DNA of 64,000 bases from the IMG/VR virus record IMGVR_UViG_3300025652_000002. One strand, given 5' to 3'. The translations under genes and the position numbers were made by a program. Below the pieces are notes generated by a model. It was not told the origin of the DNA, ran no database searches, and saw nothing but the letters and a program-made list of their open reading frames with translations. Shown here piece after piece: positions 63,201 through 64,000 of this stretch; within the stretch, counting starts at the first letter, position 1; each line of letters opens with the position of its first letter. This stretch comes from a virus.

Positions 63201-64000
63201 TGCTTCAAGCAAAGACCCAAAGAGACAGACGCATCCGTGAGTTTCTTGAACACCCTTTAGTGAGAGAACTCGAAGGTGCTGAAGTAGCAAAGCTTGCTCG
63301 TATGGCTTTAGAATTGAAACGCCTAGATGATTTCATGGGTGGAGACTACTCTGACCTTGCTAAACTCGCAGGGTTTAAGACTCGCCTAATGATTGAGAAT
63401 GACGCTTCCTCTAGTGGTGCTCAAATTATCGCCCTGTCTACAGGGGACCGCGCTATTGCTAACGTTTCTAACGTCCTTGCTACACGCCAAAAGAACAGAC
63501 TCTATGACCTCGTTGCTCAGGACACTATCAACGACCCTGAGTTTCTAAAGATTGCTGCTCTTCGTAACTCCGGCCTCGATTGGGAAGACCTTGCTAAGGC
63601 TGCTAAAGCCCAGAACATGGTTACCTTCTATGGTGCTGGTGAAGCAACCAAGACAGCAAACGTGGCTAACAAACTATCCAAGCTTCTTGACGAGAAGGGT
63701 TTCCTTACAATCACTAAGGCTACACTTAACGACAACACTCGCTTAATTGACAACCAAATCAAACTTGCTACGCGCTTAGGCGCTACAAGAACAGTAGATG
63801 ACTTGACTGCGTTCCGTAAGGAACTCATTGAGTTAGTAAACAATAGTGCCCCCGTAGGTAGACACCTACTAACGGAGGCTATGGACATTCACCCAGACGT
63901 AGGTGACTTTGTACAGAGTATGATGAACGCAAGACGTGGAATTGTAGGACCAAAAGACTTCGAGGCTGTGTCTCGTATTATGTCTTCTAACCTAGCTCAA
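60239..64000 (+). CDS. giant virion protein: N-terminal Mu-F/SPP1 gp7 head-morphogenesis domain fused to a T7/N4-like single-subunit RNA polymerase domain (3' end outside window)
   Basis: MuF motif ILDSRTSAICSFHNGKVYKIDDMSYRPPLHWNCRSS. ssRNAP signatures: FIDSRGRVYHRGYLTPTGGELVRPFL (T7 DWRGRVYAVSMFNPQG), motif A MIENDASSSGAQIIALS (T7 FDGSCSGIQHFSA), motif B QNMVTFYGAGEATK (T7 RSVMTLAYGSKE). No stop before the window end. Confidence 0.65.
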   Translation, partial: MNANDKLFDRIVDNMTDVRLYENGVQVENGRILNRHRKRLRSLLSQNIKADVKPEITRFGKELLTNTERSVREFSTSQLDFHSDNLHKEVTRFYRVQRPRTKELLAEITGPSIKGPSTLSRNLSNISSGELVRIQTKVSLGLAEGLSQQKIINNVLKTTRLTEIQAKTLTRTSITSTQTAALNKVMENNADILDGYMFTAILDSRTSAICSFHNGKVYKIDDMSYRPPLHWNCRSSMVPVLKSKEQLAETESARLKRKEVAKLDEGLFNGKPAQIMNFGNWLRRQTSDIQEKLLGSEDAVSMFRQGKLKAEEFISPVGKALSIQALRRRAAAATAVFHPRQRNVVSSIDIPAQRPSTLINNPAHKASLRNLFIDDADNFTSTYALTDFKGTSLVGKQASRRRVGNQFDERNFSSDPLTGEIRNNNLYDPDFNLYQERIDFMRNSKDLTPDQKNFIESTVAALDDKVSVNQQTVAIENLRVVFQRYNNNKEPWGDFSAVVRAENRFAVQNVSRLLDTRSRERSKMFVSYLSKDTPQVQILGKYYNLEDLTKGQLADQRFIDAWRRTQGASLARGVYFKGRAPLRTYFNRFLTTEKQIKKFKEDLLNKIIPLRKEYLAFKKLFNRDPTDRWWTKQFAKLREAQRKILDYEFLQFDKKPTSKIMDEEALNSLTKIFKLVASGQSTDYDSLAIGIGKKLAEDIGDLVPGMTHTLKDYHAEGSKILEYMREQGMIRINFRGKTRRGVYDVDTGRASGGWGDTVSREVQVIDKTLLKLQEAERRTVIARRLGVVSERDRLYVKAGKKTFFDARGNDSGIPIISSSKFADYDPKQIDREMAQMMNHVMDVEYSVDNEFFDFMDDLVRFRDPRGNSKYYDSINEFRHEILQRGEQGYGMMATAKYHRQRSANFRTQVFIDSRGRVYHRGYLTPTGGELVRPFLNSGRAVAMNAKAYRELRIQIGALIGSGTEILSQAGRIDTFNRKRKQLLELGGLLQAKTQRDRRIREFLEHPLVRELEGAEVAKLARMALELKRLDDFMGGDYSDLAKLAGFKTRLMIENDASSSGAQIIALSTGDRAIANVSNVLATRQKNRLYDLVAQDTINDPEFLKIAALRNSGLDWEDLAKAAKAQNMVTFYGAGEATKTANVANKLSKLLDEKGFLTITKATLNDNTRLIDNQIKLATRLGATRTVDDLTAFRKELIELVNNSAPVGRHLLTEAMDIHPDVGDFVQSMMNARRGIVGPKDFEAVSRIMSSNLAQ

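Noticed and set aside
1-64000. CRISPR arrays, integrase/repressor lysogeny module, transposase-type mobile elements
   Set aside because: No regularly spaced direct repeats were found. No tyrosine/serine recombinase or CI-like repressor signatures were recognised. The HTH protein at 7548 resembles a transposase HTH only, without a catalytic DDE domain.
1-64000. Possibility that the giant ORF at the window end continues into the partial ORF at the window start (circular 64-kb genome)
   Set aside because: The reading frames do not match. The 60239 frame reaches position 64000 at codon position 2, whereas the ORF at the start is in frame 1. The window is more likely a slice of a larger linear contig.

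Overview
This 64-kb window is a segment of a virulent tailed dsDNA phage genome. Every convincing gene lies on the + strand, packing is dense, and neighbouring genes often overlap by a few bases (ATGA/GTGA). No integrase or repressor was recognised. The window contains no complete ends of the gene map: it opens inside one gene and closes inside another.

Layout along the window:
- 1-1428: C-terminal part of a large virion protein, followed by an HNH endonuclease.
- ~1.8-8.2 kb: an early block of small ORFans, membrane proteins and a SleB-type cell-wall hydrolase.
- 8297-10489: a T7-like single-subunit RNA polymerase.
- ~10.7-35.6 kb: a replication and nucleotide-metabolism region with many small accessory genes. 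Recognisable products are an SSB-like protein, endonuclease VII, a family A DNA polymerase, MazG, a 5'-3' exonuclease, a GIY-YIG endonuclease, a T7 gp4-like primase-helicase, a probable class II ribonucleotide reductase, a sulfotransferase, a kinase / phosphoesterase / Rnl2-like RNA ligase cassette, an SPFH lipoprotein and a glutaredoxin.
- ~36.8-59.8 kb: a late region. It holds a small terminase with AT-hooks, the large terminase, two paralogous Ala/Lys/Arg-rich proteins, several large beta-helix proteins, tail fibres (two with C-terminal S74 chaperone domains), PhoH, a lambda-J-like 1144-aa tip protein, a holin and M15 endolysin, and the portal.
- 59.9-60.2 kb: a cluster of four tRNAs.
- 60239 to the window end: a giant ORF (>1250 aa, still open at the boundary).

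The most striking feature is that giant ORF. Its N-terminus carries a Mu-F/SPP1-gp7 head-morphogenesis domain. Further downstream it carries clear single-subunit RNA polymerase signatures (DxRGRVY, motif A DASSSGAQ, motif B MVTFYGAG). It therefore looks like an N4-style virion RNA polymerase fused to a MuF capsid-targeting module, in a genome that also encodes a conventional T7-like RNAP.

A conserved ~24-nt motif, AAAAATACTGCCGCCTAATGA, recurs in at least four intergenic sites and is a candidate phage-RNAP promoter. All annotations here come from reading motifs by eye in the six-frame translations; no database search was possible.
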